Source: Octopus vulgaris
Taxonomy: Eukaryota
Direction: 5' to 3'
DNA length: 64,000 nt
Assembly: GCA_951406725.2 (NCBI GenBank)
Contig: OX597818.1
Location: forward strand, 129,146,001 to 129,210,000
The notes beneath the pieces were generated by a model. The model saw only the letters and a program-made list of their open reading frames with translations, was not told the DNA's origin and did no database searches. The position numbers and the translations under genes are program-made. Positions 1 to 14,123 of the stretch are shown piece after piece. Each line of letters begins with the position of its first letter. The stretch's first letter is position 1.

Positions 1-305
1 ACATGCAATATACAAGACAGAGGGTTGTGATTTAAGGGAGCATTGGCTGCTATTTCTAGCATGTCTGGCTACCATGTAGAAGTATCACTTCATTAGTTCA
101 TACAACCGTATATCCTTGTTGTTACCATCAACATCATTATCATTATAATCATTACTATTTTGTTACCCATTTTCTTGTGCTTGCATGGCTTGGACGAATC
201 AATGATGAAACAGATTTTTCCAGGTTCTTACTCAGTGATAATCTCGTATTTTAGCATACATTTAAGTTATGTATGTAGGGCTCCAGTGCATTGTTTTGAT
301 TGGAA

Positions 306-361
<56 letters not shown>

Positions 362-425
362 TCATACTAACACAGACACACAGACACACACACACACACA
401 CATATACATACACATTTTATATATG

Positions 426-570
426 TTGCCGGTACCACCAAACTGGCCCTCGCGCCGGTGGCACGTAAAAGCACCCACTACACTCTCAGAGTGGTTGGCG
501 TTAGGAAGGGTATCCAGCTGTAGAAACTCTGCCAGATCAGATTGGAGTCTGGTTCACAAGACCCCAGTCA
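426..570 (+). mobile_element. SINE family C fragment (MESC/Meta-like core, RTE-like (GAT)n tail family)
   Basis: gtggcacgtaaaagcacccactacactc..gagtggttggcgttaggaaggg..atccagctgtagaaac, shared with copies at 8250, 9550, 47620 and 60715. Confidence 0.8.
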
Positions 571-574
571 AATG

Positions 575-814
575 GAGGGACAAATACAAACACAAACACA
601 CATACACACACACACGCACACAAGTTGGGCTTCTTTCAGTTTCCATCTATGAAATCCACTCACAAGGCTTTGGTCGGCCTGAGGCTATAATAGAAGACAC
701 TTGCCTAAAGTGCCACGCAGTGGGACTGAACCTAGAACCGTGTGTTAGTAAGCAAGCTACTTACCATAGAACTACTCATGCACCTGGCTACTTACCACAC
801 AGCCACTCCTGCAC
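575..814 (-). mobile_element. SINE family B, 5' part (tRNA head plus CORE-like domain), head partly duplicated
   Basis: Reverse complement matches 5862-6100; ctacttaccac..ccactc..tgcacct occurs twice (757-786, 788-816). Confidence 0.8.
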
Positions 815-815
815 C

Positions 816-851
<36 letters not shown>

Positions 852-950
852 TAAATAAAAGGAGAATGGAAATTATGGAGATTATTTCTCCATCTATAAT
901 TTTATTAAACAGTTATTTACAGCATTCTTGTTAAGTTGGGTATCATTAAG

Positions 951-1005
951 GGTCTGTTGAGGTTAGCCGGCATATGAAACTGACTTACGAGGAAACATGG
1001 TAACT
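951..1005 (+). ncRNA. Degenerate hammerhead-ribozyme-like motif
   Basis: GGT-CTGTTGA-GGTTAG..CTGACT-tacgag-GAAA-C-ATG-G-TA-ACT; stems I, II and III pair by eye, but there is a variant core and a 6-nt insertion. Confidence 0.35.
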
Positions 1006-1068
1006 GCCAGGATTATATATCCCTTTGAACTCATTTTTGGATATACATACATGAATATATACATACAT

Positions 1069-1109
<41 letters not shown>

Positions 1110-1110
<1 letters not shown>

Positions 1111-1228
1111 TTTATTTAAAAGCAGCAGAAATTCAACAAAACCTGTTACTCGGAGTTTCACATATTACTCTACCTCTGGTATTTGAGTATCTTTTTTCCA
1201 CCTTGTTTCACATTTATGTGTTTACTCC

Positions 1229-1230
<2 letters not shown>
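1110..1230 (-). mobile_element. Short non-autonomous element in (TA)n carrying the 3' half of a hammerhead
   Basis: Same family as 57989-58122 (opposite strand); minus strand 1143-1161 reads GAAA-CTC-C-GAG-TA-ACAG. Confidence 0.65.
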
Positions 1231-1315
<85 letters not shown>

Positions 1316-1319
1316 TATA

Positions 1320-1468
1320 TGGCGTTAGGAAGGGCATCCAGCCGTAGAAACACTGCCAGATTTGACTGGGCCTGATGAAGCCTTCTGGCTTCACAGACCC
1401 CAGTAGAACCGTCCAACCCATGCTAGCATGGAAAACGGACGCTAAACGATGATGATGATGATGATGAT
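1320..1468 (+). mobile_element. SINE family C, 3' part with (GAT)n tail
   Basis: ggcgttaggaagggcatccagc...ccaacccatgctagcatggaaaacggacg..aaacgatgatgat. Confidence 0.85.
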
Positions 1469-1602
1469 ATGTACATGGATAAACAGATGACTGATAGGTT
1501 GGCTGTATACAGTTTCTTTCTCTAGTATGACATCGTAAGAATTAGCCAGTGAAGTATGTTATAAGTCATTGCTAGTTCACTGTTAATGTCTATAAGTTTG
1601 AC

Positions 1603-1820
1603 AAGGCAGCAAGCTGGCAGAAACGATAGCATGCCAGGTAAAATGCTTAGCGATATTTCGTCTGTCTTCACATTTTGAGTTCAAATTCTGTTGAGGTCGA
1701 CCTTGCCTTTCATCCTTTCGGGGTCGATAAATTAAGTACCAGTTATGTACTGGGGTCCATCTAATCGACTAGTCCCCTCCCCTAAAGTTTCGAGGCATGT
1801 GCCTAGAGTAGAAAAGAATA
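1603..1820 (+). mobile_element. SINE family A (tRNA-derived, Nin/Deu-like central domain)
   Basis: aaggcagcaagctggcagaaac head, gagttcaaattc B-box-like motif, gtcgaccttgcctttcatcctttcggggtcgataaattaagtaccag core; at least 8 copies in the window. Confidence 0.85.
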
Positions 1821-2042
1821 TCTAGAAGTTTGATGCTTTCATCACAGCAGCTGGTATTACAATAAATTTCAACAAAATGTAACAATGAAAAAATCATTAA
1901 AAAATATTTCAGTAGCATATAAGTGCAATTATGCATTATGGAAATGTATGCATATGTAAAAAATATTCATATGTACGGATATAATGAAATGTCCATTTAT
2001 AGATACCAGCATACACAGAATTTTACATAGGTACCTATACAT

Positions 2043-2573
<531 letters not shown>

Positions 2574-3293
2574 GTATGTCTACATATGTATGTATATACA
2601 CATGTCTGTCTGCGAGTATCTTGTCTCTGTACTACAAATAAAGACAGACTGAAGACAGAAGATTATTTGAAATGAATGAAAAGAAAGCAATACAACTTGA
2701 CCCTGCCACCACTACCACCACTTTGACCACCACTACTACCAGTGACTATTTACCACACTTAGTAGGAGTCGGTGGTAATATGTAATCAGTAGTATAGTTG
2801 CAAGGCGAAGTGCTGCTCTTTTACATCACAGCTATATTACTTTAGTGACCGTATCGTTGCATCATGCTATCAACACCACCATTCACATCATCAGCATCAC
2901 AGACATTTCTTTTTTTCTACTATCACCGTCCTAATCAACATCAGTATCATTATCATTATCATTTTCATCACGGTCATGACTCCGTTGCAGTCACAGTAGT
3001 AGCTGCTGTTGAATCTGTCAGTTATTGGTGTAATGGTATAATAGTGTGTGCAATGTTAGCGATACTTTTGGTATGTAATGTACGAATCTCAGCATGGGCG
3101 ATGCTTATATAAGAAGTACAAATATATAAAGAAATAAATGGAGATCAGTAGGTGTCCCAGGTGCCACACAGTGGGACTGAACCTTATACATACCCCACAT
3201 TCACATATATGAATGATATTTGGGTTTATAAGTATGAGTGAATATATATCTAGATCTATATATGTGTTTACACATGCACATACACATATATAT

Positions 3294-3492
3294 GCATTTT
3301 TATCAGTATCAGATATATATATCAGATATATATAAATGGCGGTGCCCCAGCATGGCCACAACTCGTGAGCTGAAACTAGATAAAATAAAAAAAAAATAAA
3401 TAAATATGCGTTTTTATCAGTATCAGATATATATATATATGCATTGTTATCAGTATCAGATATATATATATATGCATTTTTATCAGTATCAG
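3294..3492. repeat. Minisatellite (gcatttttatcagtatcaga(ta)n) x4, interrupted by a family B SINE tail
   Basis: Units near 3294, 3408, 3440 and 3473; ggcggtgccccagcatggccaca at 3338. Confidence 0.8.
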
Positions 3493-3640
3493 AATAGGCA
3501 TTCATACAGTCAGAAGCAATTAGAAGGGTTAACATCAGGTACGGCATGTAGTTATAAAATACTGTTTGAAAAACTTCTACTCAATACATTCCAGTAAGAA
3601 CATTTAAATGTAAAAAACAAAGGAGACAAAATTATTACTA

Positions 3641-3691
<51 letters not shown>

Positions 3692-3692
<1 letters not shown>

Positions 3693-3850
3693 GTTCAAAT
3701 TCTGACGGGGTCAACTTTACCTTGCATCGTCTTTTTTTTTTTCGGGGGGGGGGGGGGGACCAGGGGGGTCGATAAAATAAGTGCCAGTTGATGTAATCAA
3801 CTCATTCTCCCAGCAAAATTGGTGCCTTTGTGGCAAAATTTAAAACTATT
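3692..3850 (+). mobile_element. SINE family A, 5'-truncated
   Basis: agttcaaattctgacggggtcaactttaccttgcatc...gggtcgataaaataagtgccag. Confidence 0.7.
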
Positions 3851-4045
3851 TAATTATTATTATTATATATATGTATATATATATATGTATATATAAATAG
3901 ATGATGTATTTTTACCTTGTTAACAATTAACACGGAAAAGATTGCATATTTATACCATTTATTCTTTTGAATAGTATCAGTGGAATTTTGAAACATGTGT
4001 CGAAAGTAAAAATATTTGATTACACCTGCGTTAACTCCGTTTTTA

Positions 4046-4100
<55 letters not shown>

Positions 4101-4274
4101 ATAGGTATATATATATATATACATATGTATGTATGTATGTATGTATTTGTCAATATTGTTTTAATGCTCAACGCACATGTTACACTGACAGAATTTGTTG
4201 GCTTGTTGAGGCAGGTATTCTGTGGTTTGATTCCCTTCCTGTCATCACCTGTTTCCAAGCTAAGCTACGCTAAC

Positions 4275-4309
<35 letters not shown>

Positions 4310-4489
4310 AAGGATATTGAACATACATACACATGATGTGCGTTGTTAGTTCATGGGTCGGCTGCATTTTAGGTGTAAGAGTATATATTCTACATGCACC
4401 TGGTGTTAAAAACACCCGTGTGTTCTATTTTGTTTTTGTACCTCAAGCTGCTCAAATTTATATTTGAATTATATATATATGTGTATGTG

Positions 4490-4532
<43 letters not shown>

Positions 4533-4636
4533 TAAATCTATCTATCTATCTATCTATCTATCTATATATATTTATTTACATATATAAGTATATGTATGTA
4601 TCTGTGTGTATATATGTATATATATATATATATACA

Positions 4637-4671
<35 letters not shown>

Positions 4672-4849
4672 CCACACACACACACACACACACACACATA
4701 TTTATATACACGTGTAAGTCATCGAAATGTCAGAAAAGTTTAGATTTGGTAGACGGAAACTGAAAGAAACCTGCAATATATATGGGTTGTGCTTTGTGTG
4801 TGTTTATTTTTATTATTTACTTCTTTCAGGCATCAGACAGCATATATAT

Positions 4850-4954
<105 letters not shown>

Positions 4955-4966
4955 TTAGAGACAAAA

Positions 4967-5036
<70 letters not shown>

Positions 5037-5227
5037 TCATCATCGTCATCGTTGTTGAACACATATATATGTATACACATCTATATACATATATGTGTTT
5101 ATACATATATATATATATACATACATGCATAAATACATATATACATGTACATATATGTGTGTGTGAGTGAGTATATGTGTGTGTGTCTGTGTCTGTGTAT
5201 GTGAGTATGTGTGTGTACAGTTCTACG

Positions 5228-5552
5228 TTCAGCCCCACTGCATGGTACCTTGGGCAAGTATCCGCTACTATATTCTCAGGTTGACTAAAGCCTTGTGATT
5301 AGGTTTGGTAGAAGGAAACTGTAAGAAACGCGCAACTTATATATGTCGTGCTCTGTGTGTGTCTTTTGTCTGCCATCGTTGCATAATAGGTGATTTACAT
5401 CCCTGTAACCTAGCAATTTGGCAAATGAGACTGATAGAATAAATGCCAGGCGTATAAAAACACAGTACTGATATTGATTCATTTGTCTAAAATTCTTCAA
5501 GGCAGTGCCCCAGCATGGCTGCAGTCTAATGCATGAAACAAGTAAAAGATAA
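5228..5552 (+). mobile_element. SINE family B, diverged
   Basis: gttcagccccactgcatggtaccttgggcaagt ... aaggcagtgccccagcatggctgcagtc..gaaacaagtaaaaga. Confidence 0.75.
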
Positions 5553-5565
5553 GTCATACATATGA

Positions 5566-5618
<53 letters not shown>

Positions 5619-5861
5619 TATACACAACAATGATATGGTTTCTAGCCATGGGTGCACACAAACACACACATTTGATTAGCTCCCACCTGTTTCCTTCTAT
5701 AAAATCCATTCACTAATGTATGGCCAGTCTGGAGCTCTAGCAGTAGACACTTTCCCTAGGTGCTGCACATTGTGCCTAGACCTGAGACCACGTGTCTGGG
5801 TAGGAAGCTTCTTAAACACATGGTCATGCATGTGCCAATATTTAAACACACACACACACAC

Positions 5862-6265
5862 AGGCGCAGGAGTGGCTGTGTGGTAAGTAGCTTGCTTAAC
5901 AACCACATGGTTCCGGGTTCAGTTCCACTGTGTGGCATCTTGGGCAAGTGTCTTCTACTATAGCCCCGAGCCGACCAATGCCTTGTGAGTGGATTTGGGA
6001 GACGGAAACTGAAAGAAGCCTGTCGTATATATGTATATATATATGTATGTGTGTGTGTGTGTTTGTGTGTCTGTGTTTGTCTCCCTAGCATTGCTTGACA
6101 ACTGATGCTGGTGTGTTCACGTCCCCGTCACTTAGTGGTTCGGCAAAAGAGACCGATAGAATAAGTACTGGGCTTACAAAGAATAAGTCCCGGGGTCGAT
6201 TTGCTCGACTAAAGGCGGTGCTCCAGCATGGCTGCAGTCAAATGACTGAAACAAGTAAAAGAGAA
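5862..6265 (+). mobile_element. SINE family B, full length and young
   Basis: A box tggctgtgtggt, B box ggttcagttcc, CORE-like cttgggcaagtgtctt, internal (TG)n, 3' cagcatggctgcagtcaaatgactgaaacaagtaaaagag; near-identical to 42930-43324. Confidence 0.9.
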
Positions 6266-6419
6266 AAAGAGAAAAAGAGACACACACACAAATATGGTGC
6301 ACATGCATATAGCCAATAAAAGTATTGTGTGAAGTTCAAAATTATTTTTTTTAGATTATAAATATTGTTAAGTCATTATTTCATGTAATTTATAAATATT
6401 TATATACAGGTGTGTGTGT

Positions 6420-6472
<53 letters not shown>

Positions 6473-6591
6473 TATATATATAATGGAGAAATTGAACAAA
6501 ATGTAGAAATGGATGATGAGTAAAGTACCGGTTTATATATATTCACACACATTTATATATGTATGTCTATTTACATACATTTATAGATATA

Positions 6592-6636
<45 letters not shown>

Positions 6637-6649
6637 ATGTTCTTTTATT

Positions 6650-6859
6650 CTTTACTTTTTACTTCTTCCAGTCATTTGTCTGTGGCCATGCTGGAGCACT
6701 GCCTTTAGTCGAACAAATCAACCGCAAGATTTATTCTTTGTAAGCCTAGTACTTATTCTATCAGTTTCTTTGCCGAACCACTAAGTTACAGGGACGTAAA
6801 CACACTAACTTTGGTGTCAAGCGATGGTGGGAGGGTTAAGTACTGATACACAAATACAT

Positions 6860-6954
<95 letters not shown>

Positions 6955-7090
6955 TGGCTTTTTTCAGTTTCCTTCTATCAAATCCACTGCTCAGGCCTTA
7001 CTCAACTTGAGGATATAGTAGAAGACACTTGCCCAAGGCGCCATGCAGTGGGACAGAACCTGGAACCATGTGGTTGGAAAGCAAATTTCT
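6650..7090 (-). mobile_element. SINE family B, near full length
   Basis: Reverse complement of 5862-6265 with internal (CA)/(TA) expansion. Confidence 0.85.
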
Positions 7091-7104
7091 CTCCTGTGTG
7101 TGTG

Positions 7105-7149
<45 letters not shown>

Positions 7150-7277
7150 TTTATTTTATATGCACACATACACACACATGCATATGCATATATGTGTACA
7201 CACACACACACATATATTGAGAGAGATAGAACATTTATGTGTATGAGTGCATATACTTATACATCAACAAAATCACC

Positions 7278-7510
7278 ATCATCGTTATTTAGCATCCACT
7301 TTTCCATACCTGTAAGGGTGAGATGGGCGTTGTTGAGGCAGATTTTCTATGACTGGATGCCCTTCCTGTTGTCAACCCTCACATGTTTTCAGGCAAGTTT
7401 ATATTTTCCCAGAGTAGAAATGTTTCTGAGGGGAAACTGGAAATGAACAACTACAGTTGTATGACAATGGTCCTCATTCACAACCATTGCATGAATTTCA
7501 AACAAGGGTA
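7278..7510 (-). mobile_element. SINE family C-related older subfamily
   Basis: catcatcgtt..ttagcatccacttttccat...ctggatgcccttcctgttgtcaaccctcac; relatives near 21930, 22990, 55975 and 59755. Confidence 0.65.
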
Positions 7511-7540
7511 CACATGTTCAAACACACACACACACACACA

Positions 7541-7673
7541 CGTTGACTGCCATGACACTGCATCCTTTAAGGCCCTCATACTTTCCGAAATCCGCTGAAA
7601 CTACACCTGATTATATATACACTTTAGATGAGTTGTAGTGCACCTGAGCACTGTACACAATTATTATTATTAT
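7541..7673 (+). mobile_element. CR1/L2-type LINE 3' end with (ATT)n tail
   Basis: Frame VDCHDTASFKALILSEIR* resembles a CR1 ORF2 C-terminus; short 3' UTR with gtgcacctgagcac hairpin, then attattatt. Confidence 0.5.
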
Positions 7674-7699
7674 TTTAAATATATAAAAAGTCAGTAGTG

Positions 7700-7850
7700 A
7701 GGATTTGGATAAAAAAGACTTTATTTAGTGCTGCTGTCCCTTTCGGGGATTCATCATAAATGATTTCATACAGAAAATTCATACCTTTTATATACATATG
7801 TGTGTTAGTTGAAAAAAAATCTGGAGTTGAATAGTTTTTATCCAAATCCT
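7700..7850. mobile_element. Small fold-back/MITE-like element
   Basis: 16-bp inverted arms aggatttggataaaaa (7700-7715) / tttttatccaaatcct (7835-7850). Confidence 0.55.
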
Positions 7851-8148
7851 GGCCACCTTAGTTTTCATAATATATAAAATATGTACATCACTTGAAATAA
7901 TCTATGCATATGATGGGCTTCTTTCAGTTTGTCTGCATCAGTTTCAGATTCTGTCCAGAATATAGTAGAGAACTCTTGTTCAAGGTGCCATGCAATGGGA
8001 TTGAACCCAAAACCACATGATTGGGAAACAAGCTGATAAATACATATATATACTGAATTGAATTTATAATTGTTCAATCAAGTGTTTTGTTTCATTTTCT
8101 ATTTCTGATTTATATATATATATATATATATATCACGCTGCAATTGTT

Positions 8149-8206
<58 letters not shown>

Positions 8207-8249
8207 TATACATATATATATACATATATACATATATATACATATATAT

Positions 8250-8493
8250 GGCTGGCAACCGATCGTGGCTGATGCCAGAACCCCCCCTCCCCCGGCACCT
8301 GTGCAGGTGGCCCGTACAAAGCACCCACTACACTCGAGGAGTGGTTGGCGTTAGGAAGGGCATCCAGCTGTAGAAACACTGCCAGATCAGACTGGAGCCT
8401 GGTGCAGCCTTCTGGCTTCCCAGACCCCGGTCGAACCGTCCAACCCATGCTAGCGTGGAAAACGGACGTTAAACGATGATGATGATGATGATG
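8250..8493 (+). mobile_element. SINE family C with (GAT)n tail
   Basis: Core ggttggcgttaggaagggcatccagctgtagaaac and tail ggacgttaaacgatgatgat. Confidence 0.85.
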
Positions 8494-8521
8494 ATATATA
8501 TATATATATACAGTTTACAGG

Positions 8522-8678
8522 TATGAGCTACCAGTAATTTCATACATTGAAAATTATCTAGGCAGGTTTTAAAACATGTCTAGTATCCTCAGCCTGAAGA
8601 TTACTTGGAGACACTAGGCTTGTCTTAAAACCTACCTAGATAAAATCTTCAGTATATGAAACTATTAGTAGCTCATAT
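8522..8678 (+). ncRNA. Fold-back element containing a hammerhead-like ribozyme (8591-8673)
   Basis: AGC-CTGAAGA-t-TACTtGGAGA..CTAGG..CCTAG..TCTTCAGTA-tat-GAAA-CT-ATT-AG-TA-GCT; 8522-8590 is an inverted copy of the 3' part. Confidence 0.6.
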
Positions 8679-8760
8679 CTAAAAATCATGTATATTAAAT
8701 AATATTCTCTTTCACTAGATACGGAGTAATTTTTTTTTTTATCTTACCTTAACAGAAAAG

Positions 8761-8804
<44 letters not shown>

Positions 8805-8966
8805 CATATATATACATGCCCTTCTACATGTTGACAACGAAGATTTATATAATTTGATAGAATATTTCTGACATGGAGATCAGATCTGTTTGAATTAGAT
8901 ATATTTTAACTTTAATAAACATGTAGTTTTGAAATATGGTCCTCACTCAATATTTGTGTGTGTGTG

Positions 8967-9009
<43 letters not shown>

Positions 9010-9258
9010 GAGGCAGAAAATAGAATTCAGGGAACTCTTCACTCAGAACCACTATAATCATTTCAGTCCAACATGCACTGGTACATTATGAGATGCTGCA
9101 CAAACAATTGTTATGCATCATATATATTAAGGTATACAAGGTGTATACCTTAATATAAAGTTTTTGCCATATATAGATACATATACATATATAAATGTAT
9201 GTATGTCCAACCCATGCTAGCATGGAAAACGGACGTTAAATGATGATGATGATGATGA

Positions 9259-9301
<43 letters not shown>

Positions 9302-9330
9302 TATACATGTATATATATATATATAGTTAT

Positions 9331-9382
<52 letters not shown>

Positions 9383-9549
9383 GAAATATGTTTTGAAAAA
9401 ATATAAAATACACTTGGAAATGTAAGGGTAAAATATGAAAAATCAATGAAAATGCATATTGTAGATATAAAAAGGCTATTTAAGACAGGTAGTGACAAAT
9501 ATATACATTTAGAGTATTACTAGTCAAAAAGGTCATTATTATTGAAGAT

Positions 9550-9717
9550 TACGGAGTGGTTGGCGTTAGGAAGGGCATCCAGCTGTAGAAACACTGCCAG
9601 ATAAGACTGGAGCCTGGTGCAGCCTTCTGGCTTCCCAGATCCCCGGTCGAACCGTCCAACCCATGCTAGCATGGAGAACGGACGTTAAACGACGATGATG
9701 ATGATGATGATGATGAT
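9550..9717 (+). mobile_element. SINE family C, 3' part
   Basis: Near-identical to 8337-8493. Confidence 0.85.
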
Positions 9718-9834
9718 TATTATAAGAAGTTAATAATAATAATAATAATAATAAGGTAAGAGACTGAAACGGAACTATATATATATATAGTATATATATA
9801 TATGTATAGACACACACACATGTGTGCATATATA

Positions 9835-9881
<47 letters not shown>

Positions 9882-10139
9882 AGAGAGAGAGAGAGAGAGC
9901 GAGCGAAAGAGAAATAGTTAAATGGATTGATATATGAGAGTGAGTGGACAACTGAAAGAAAGTGGCATGCTACACATTTGGTAGAGCTACATGTATTATT
10001 TAGTAAGTTTGATGTGGCTCCATGCAACATGCAGCTTTGTAGGCTTATTATATAAACTTGTCTCATCAGCTTTTGAAATAGGTTTATCTGATGAGCCTGC
10101 AAAACTTTAAGGTGCACAGAACCAAGTCAAACTGTTACT

Positions 10140-10178
<39 letters not shown>

Positions 10179-10260
10179 TAATAAATATTAGGGAATAAAT
10201 CCAAATTTACAGGGAAAAAAAATCAGATTTAGGATTAAATCCAATTTTATAGTAAAATAT

Positions 10261-10409
10261 TATAAAATATTATTAGAGACAAACCACTATTTTGCAAGAC
10301 TATTTATTAAAATTTTATTTTTTGACTATTTATTAAAATTTTATGTATTGATTAAGTCTTTCCTTGTTTGTTTTGCAAAATAGTGGTTTGTCTCTAATAA
10401 TATTTTATA
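10261..10409. mobile_element. Fold-back element with 37-bp perfect inverted arms
   Basis: tataaaatattattagagacaaaccactattttgcaa / ttgcaaaatagtggtttgtctctaataatattttata; internal 21-bp direct repeat; an arm fragment also lies at 4947-4969 inside (TA)n. Confidence 0.75.
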
Positions 10410-10528
10410 TATACATATATATATATGGATATGAATATAGAATTTTTATGCCTCATTTCACAATTATATACATATGAAAATATATATAAACTCTTATATG
10501 TATACATATAAATATATCTATGCCTATA

Positions 10529-10589
<61 letters not shown>

Positions 10590-10837
10590 CTTTATTTTGT
10601 AGTTTAGTTTCTACGTATAGCATGTATGTACTCTCAGAAATATTTATATATACTTCATGACTGTATTATATTCCAACTTATAATATACTAACTTATGGCT
10701 ATATTCTGATAAATTCTGATATACACTCACATTACAGATTATATTTTATAATAGGAACATGTGAACATTTGTATAACCATAAATGTGCCCCCACTTTATA
10801 TATATTCTCCACCTCTCCATTGTGTATCCATTTGTTA

Positions 10838-11052
10838 ACATACATACATACATACATACATACATACATACATACATACATACATACATACATACATACA
10901 TGCATGCATACGTGCATACATGCATACATACATACATACATATATACATGCATGCATAAATGCATACATGCATATATACATACATACATACATACATACA
11001 TACATACATACATACCTACATACATACATACATACATACATACATACATACA

Positions 11053-11081
<29 letters not shown>
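10838..11081. repeat. (TACA)n microsatellite
   Basis: Direct reading. Confidence 0.95.
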
Positions 11082-11084
<3 letters not shown>

Positions 11085-12051
11085 ATGATGGTATATATTA
11101 TTTTAGCATTATATATATATACAACATTGATGAAAATCTATGTTAGTCCAGTTAAATATATACATCAATGTTATACCTTGCTGATGTGTTTATTTCTACT
11201 TTTTCTCACCTGGATATTAATTAACAATCAAGATATATTTATTAATAGACATGATATTTCTACTGATATTCATATCAGCATCATGTATGTATATTTAGAG
11301 CTATTTACACACATATATATCTTTTACCTACATCATAAATTTTAGATTTTATGATAAAATATGCGAATATTCATTTATATTCATATCACAAACGTGTGTC
11401 TATATTCAGAGATATTTGTATATTATAGATAACATCATGAAAATCTGTGCATATTCAGAAATTTTGATATCACCAACACATATGTATTGAAATATATTAA
11501 TATGTACACCCACCTTGTATATCATATATCATCAATATATGTGTATATTCAGAGATATTCATATATACACCTCCTTAATAGATTATATCATCAAAATATG
11601 TGAATATTAACAAATATACATGATGCACAACCACGTTATAGAATATATCACCAACATATGTATATATTCACTGATATTTATATCACCTACATGTTTGTAT
11701 ATTCAGAGATATTTAAATACACACCTACATTACATATTTCTCACATGTGGTTAGATTAAAAAATACTTATAACGTCAACATATTTATATATGAATATATA
11801 TACCCACATTATAGATAATAGATTATATCATCAGCCTATTTGTAACATTAGACATATGTTAACTAACATCAATAAACACGAATGTATATTCAAAAATATT
11901 CATATATACACCCATATAGATTATATCACCACCATATGGGTATGTTTGGTAGCATTCATATAACTAATATATGCATGTATTTAGAGGTATTTATATCCCC
12001 ACATGTATGCTATTCACATGTGTACACACACACACACACACACACTCACAG

Positions 12052-12106
<55 letters not shown>

Positions 12107-12789
12107 ACATTGCATATATATTATATCATATAACCAATATGTAGGTATACTCTAAGTTAATTATATTATCAGCATAACTGTAGTGTATTCAGAAATACTA
12201 ATATCATGTACATTTATGTATATTCAACAATTCCTATATATATATAAAACCACATTATAGATTATATATTATATCACTGATATGTGTGTATAATCAGAAA
12301 TATTCACATATACACACCCTTTTCATAGATTATATCACCAATATCTGATATTACGCTAATGCTTGTATCATCAAAATGAAGATATTGCCAGTGCCTGAAA
12401 GTAACTGAATTTCGAAGAATGTGTGCATGTGTGCATGCGTGTGCATATTTCTGTATTTCTGTGCATGAGTTGTTCTACATTTGCATACATGTGGCACTCA
12501 TGTAGTCATTATTGTAGTTGTAGAACATATATCACTAACATGCATTTTTATTTGGAGATATTCCCACACACACACATGCATGCGTGTATTTATATCCACA
12601 TTATGATAATATAACCAATATGTACTATTATAAGGTATTTTATTATATATTTATTATATATAATATTATGACATATAACAAATATGAACTATTATAAGGT
12701 ATACAAATAGATATACAATCCTTTTGCTGATAGTCTTGGAAATTTTTGCAAGCCATAACCCTACTGCATATATATAAGAATAAAAGAAC

Positions 12790-12835
<46 letters not shown>

Positions 12836-13000
12836 TCTTTTATTCTTTTACTTGTTTTATTCATTTGACTGTGGCCATGCTGGAGCACCACCTTAATATA
12901 TATATATAGATATATATGTATAAGACTGGACATAATGGATATATAATACTGTACACTTTGATTAATATATATATATCTTCATTATAGATTTGATCACTAG

Positions 13001-13063
<63 letters not shown>

Positions 13064-13409
13064 ATATATAAATGTATATATATATATGTATATATATATA
13101 TATGTATATATGTATATATAAACACTCTCATATTATAGAATATATCATCAACTTGAGATATTCATATGTATTAATGTATTGACATATACCCTATTAAATA
13201 TGTAACTATGTGGACTTATCCAGATATGTTTATCATATACAGCCACATTATAAGATTTCCTCATCAACATGCAAATATATATATATATGTGTGTGTGTGT
13301 AAAAACCTTTCATTATGTGTTACAGACTGGCAATATTCATATTCATACATATTCACATAGAGTAATATAGACTTTACCTATTTACTGCAACTACTGTTTA
13401 AATTATAAA

Positions 13410-13636
13410 TTAACCCTTTAGCATTCAAATTACTCCATCAAATGTAATGCTTATTCATTTGCATTGTTTGAATTAATCGTGCATTATGCTGTGACTTTGC
13501 TATCTCAATGATGTGATTGTTTACTCTTAGAATGACAGCATAGGTTGGGCACGAGAGGTTAGATCTGGCTGGTGTGAAAATAAAACTGGTAGAATATCTT
13601 GGCATGATATGGCTAATCTAAATGTTAAAGAGTTAA
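13410..13636. mobile_element. piggyBac-like MITE
   Basis: TTAA-ccctttagcatt ... aatgttaaagag-TTAA; second, inverted copy at 29664-29994. Confidence 0.7.
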
Positions 13637-13698
13637 AGTTTCTAAAGTGGTAACACACATTTTGCTCTTCTAATCTTCCTTTCTAATGTGTGTGTGTG

Positions 13699-13758
<60 letters not shown>

Positions 13759-13923
13759 CATATATATAACATCCAAACTTCCTCATTCTACATCGAGTGA
13801 AAGACGGGATGGACACTTCGATTTTGTGTTGGTGCCCCACTCTGTCGTACGCGACTATGAGGATTTGCATCCCCAACGTAAAACTTATAATATAATACAT
13901 GTCCTTGAAGTAGTAGTTGTACA

Positions 13924-13998
13924 CGGCTGAAGAAGGCTATAGACACAATTATGCATTGTTATAAAACCGTCTAATAAAGGCCCGAAACATATGTACCG
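13924..13998 (+). ncRNA. Minimal type I hammerhead-like ribozyme in a ~260-bp element (13770-14030) between (TA)n tracts
   Basis: CGG-CTGAAGA-a-GGcta TAGAC..GTCTA..ggcCC-GAAA-C-ATAT-G-TA-CCG; intact core, palindromic ACATATGT stem III, GUA triplet. Confidence 0.7.
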
Positions 13999-14029
13999 CT
14001 AAATCCTTTGCATCATGTTTTTATTTTGA

Positions 14030-14087
<58 letters not shown>

Positions 14088-14123
14088 CATATATACATAC
14101 ACATTATTTGTTATAGATTGCAT

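Noticed and set aside
10062-10095. CTGATGAG on both strands (ctcatcag...ctgatgag)
   Set aside because: It forms a small hairpin, but no properly placed stem II, GAAA and NUH follow on either strand.
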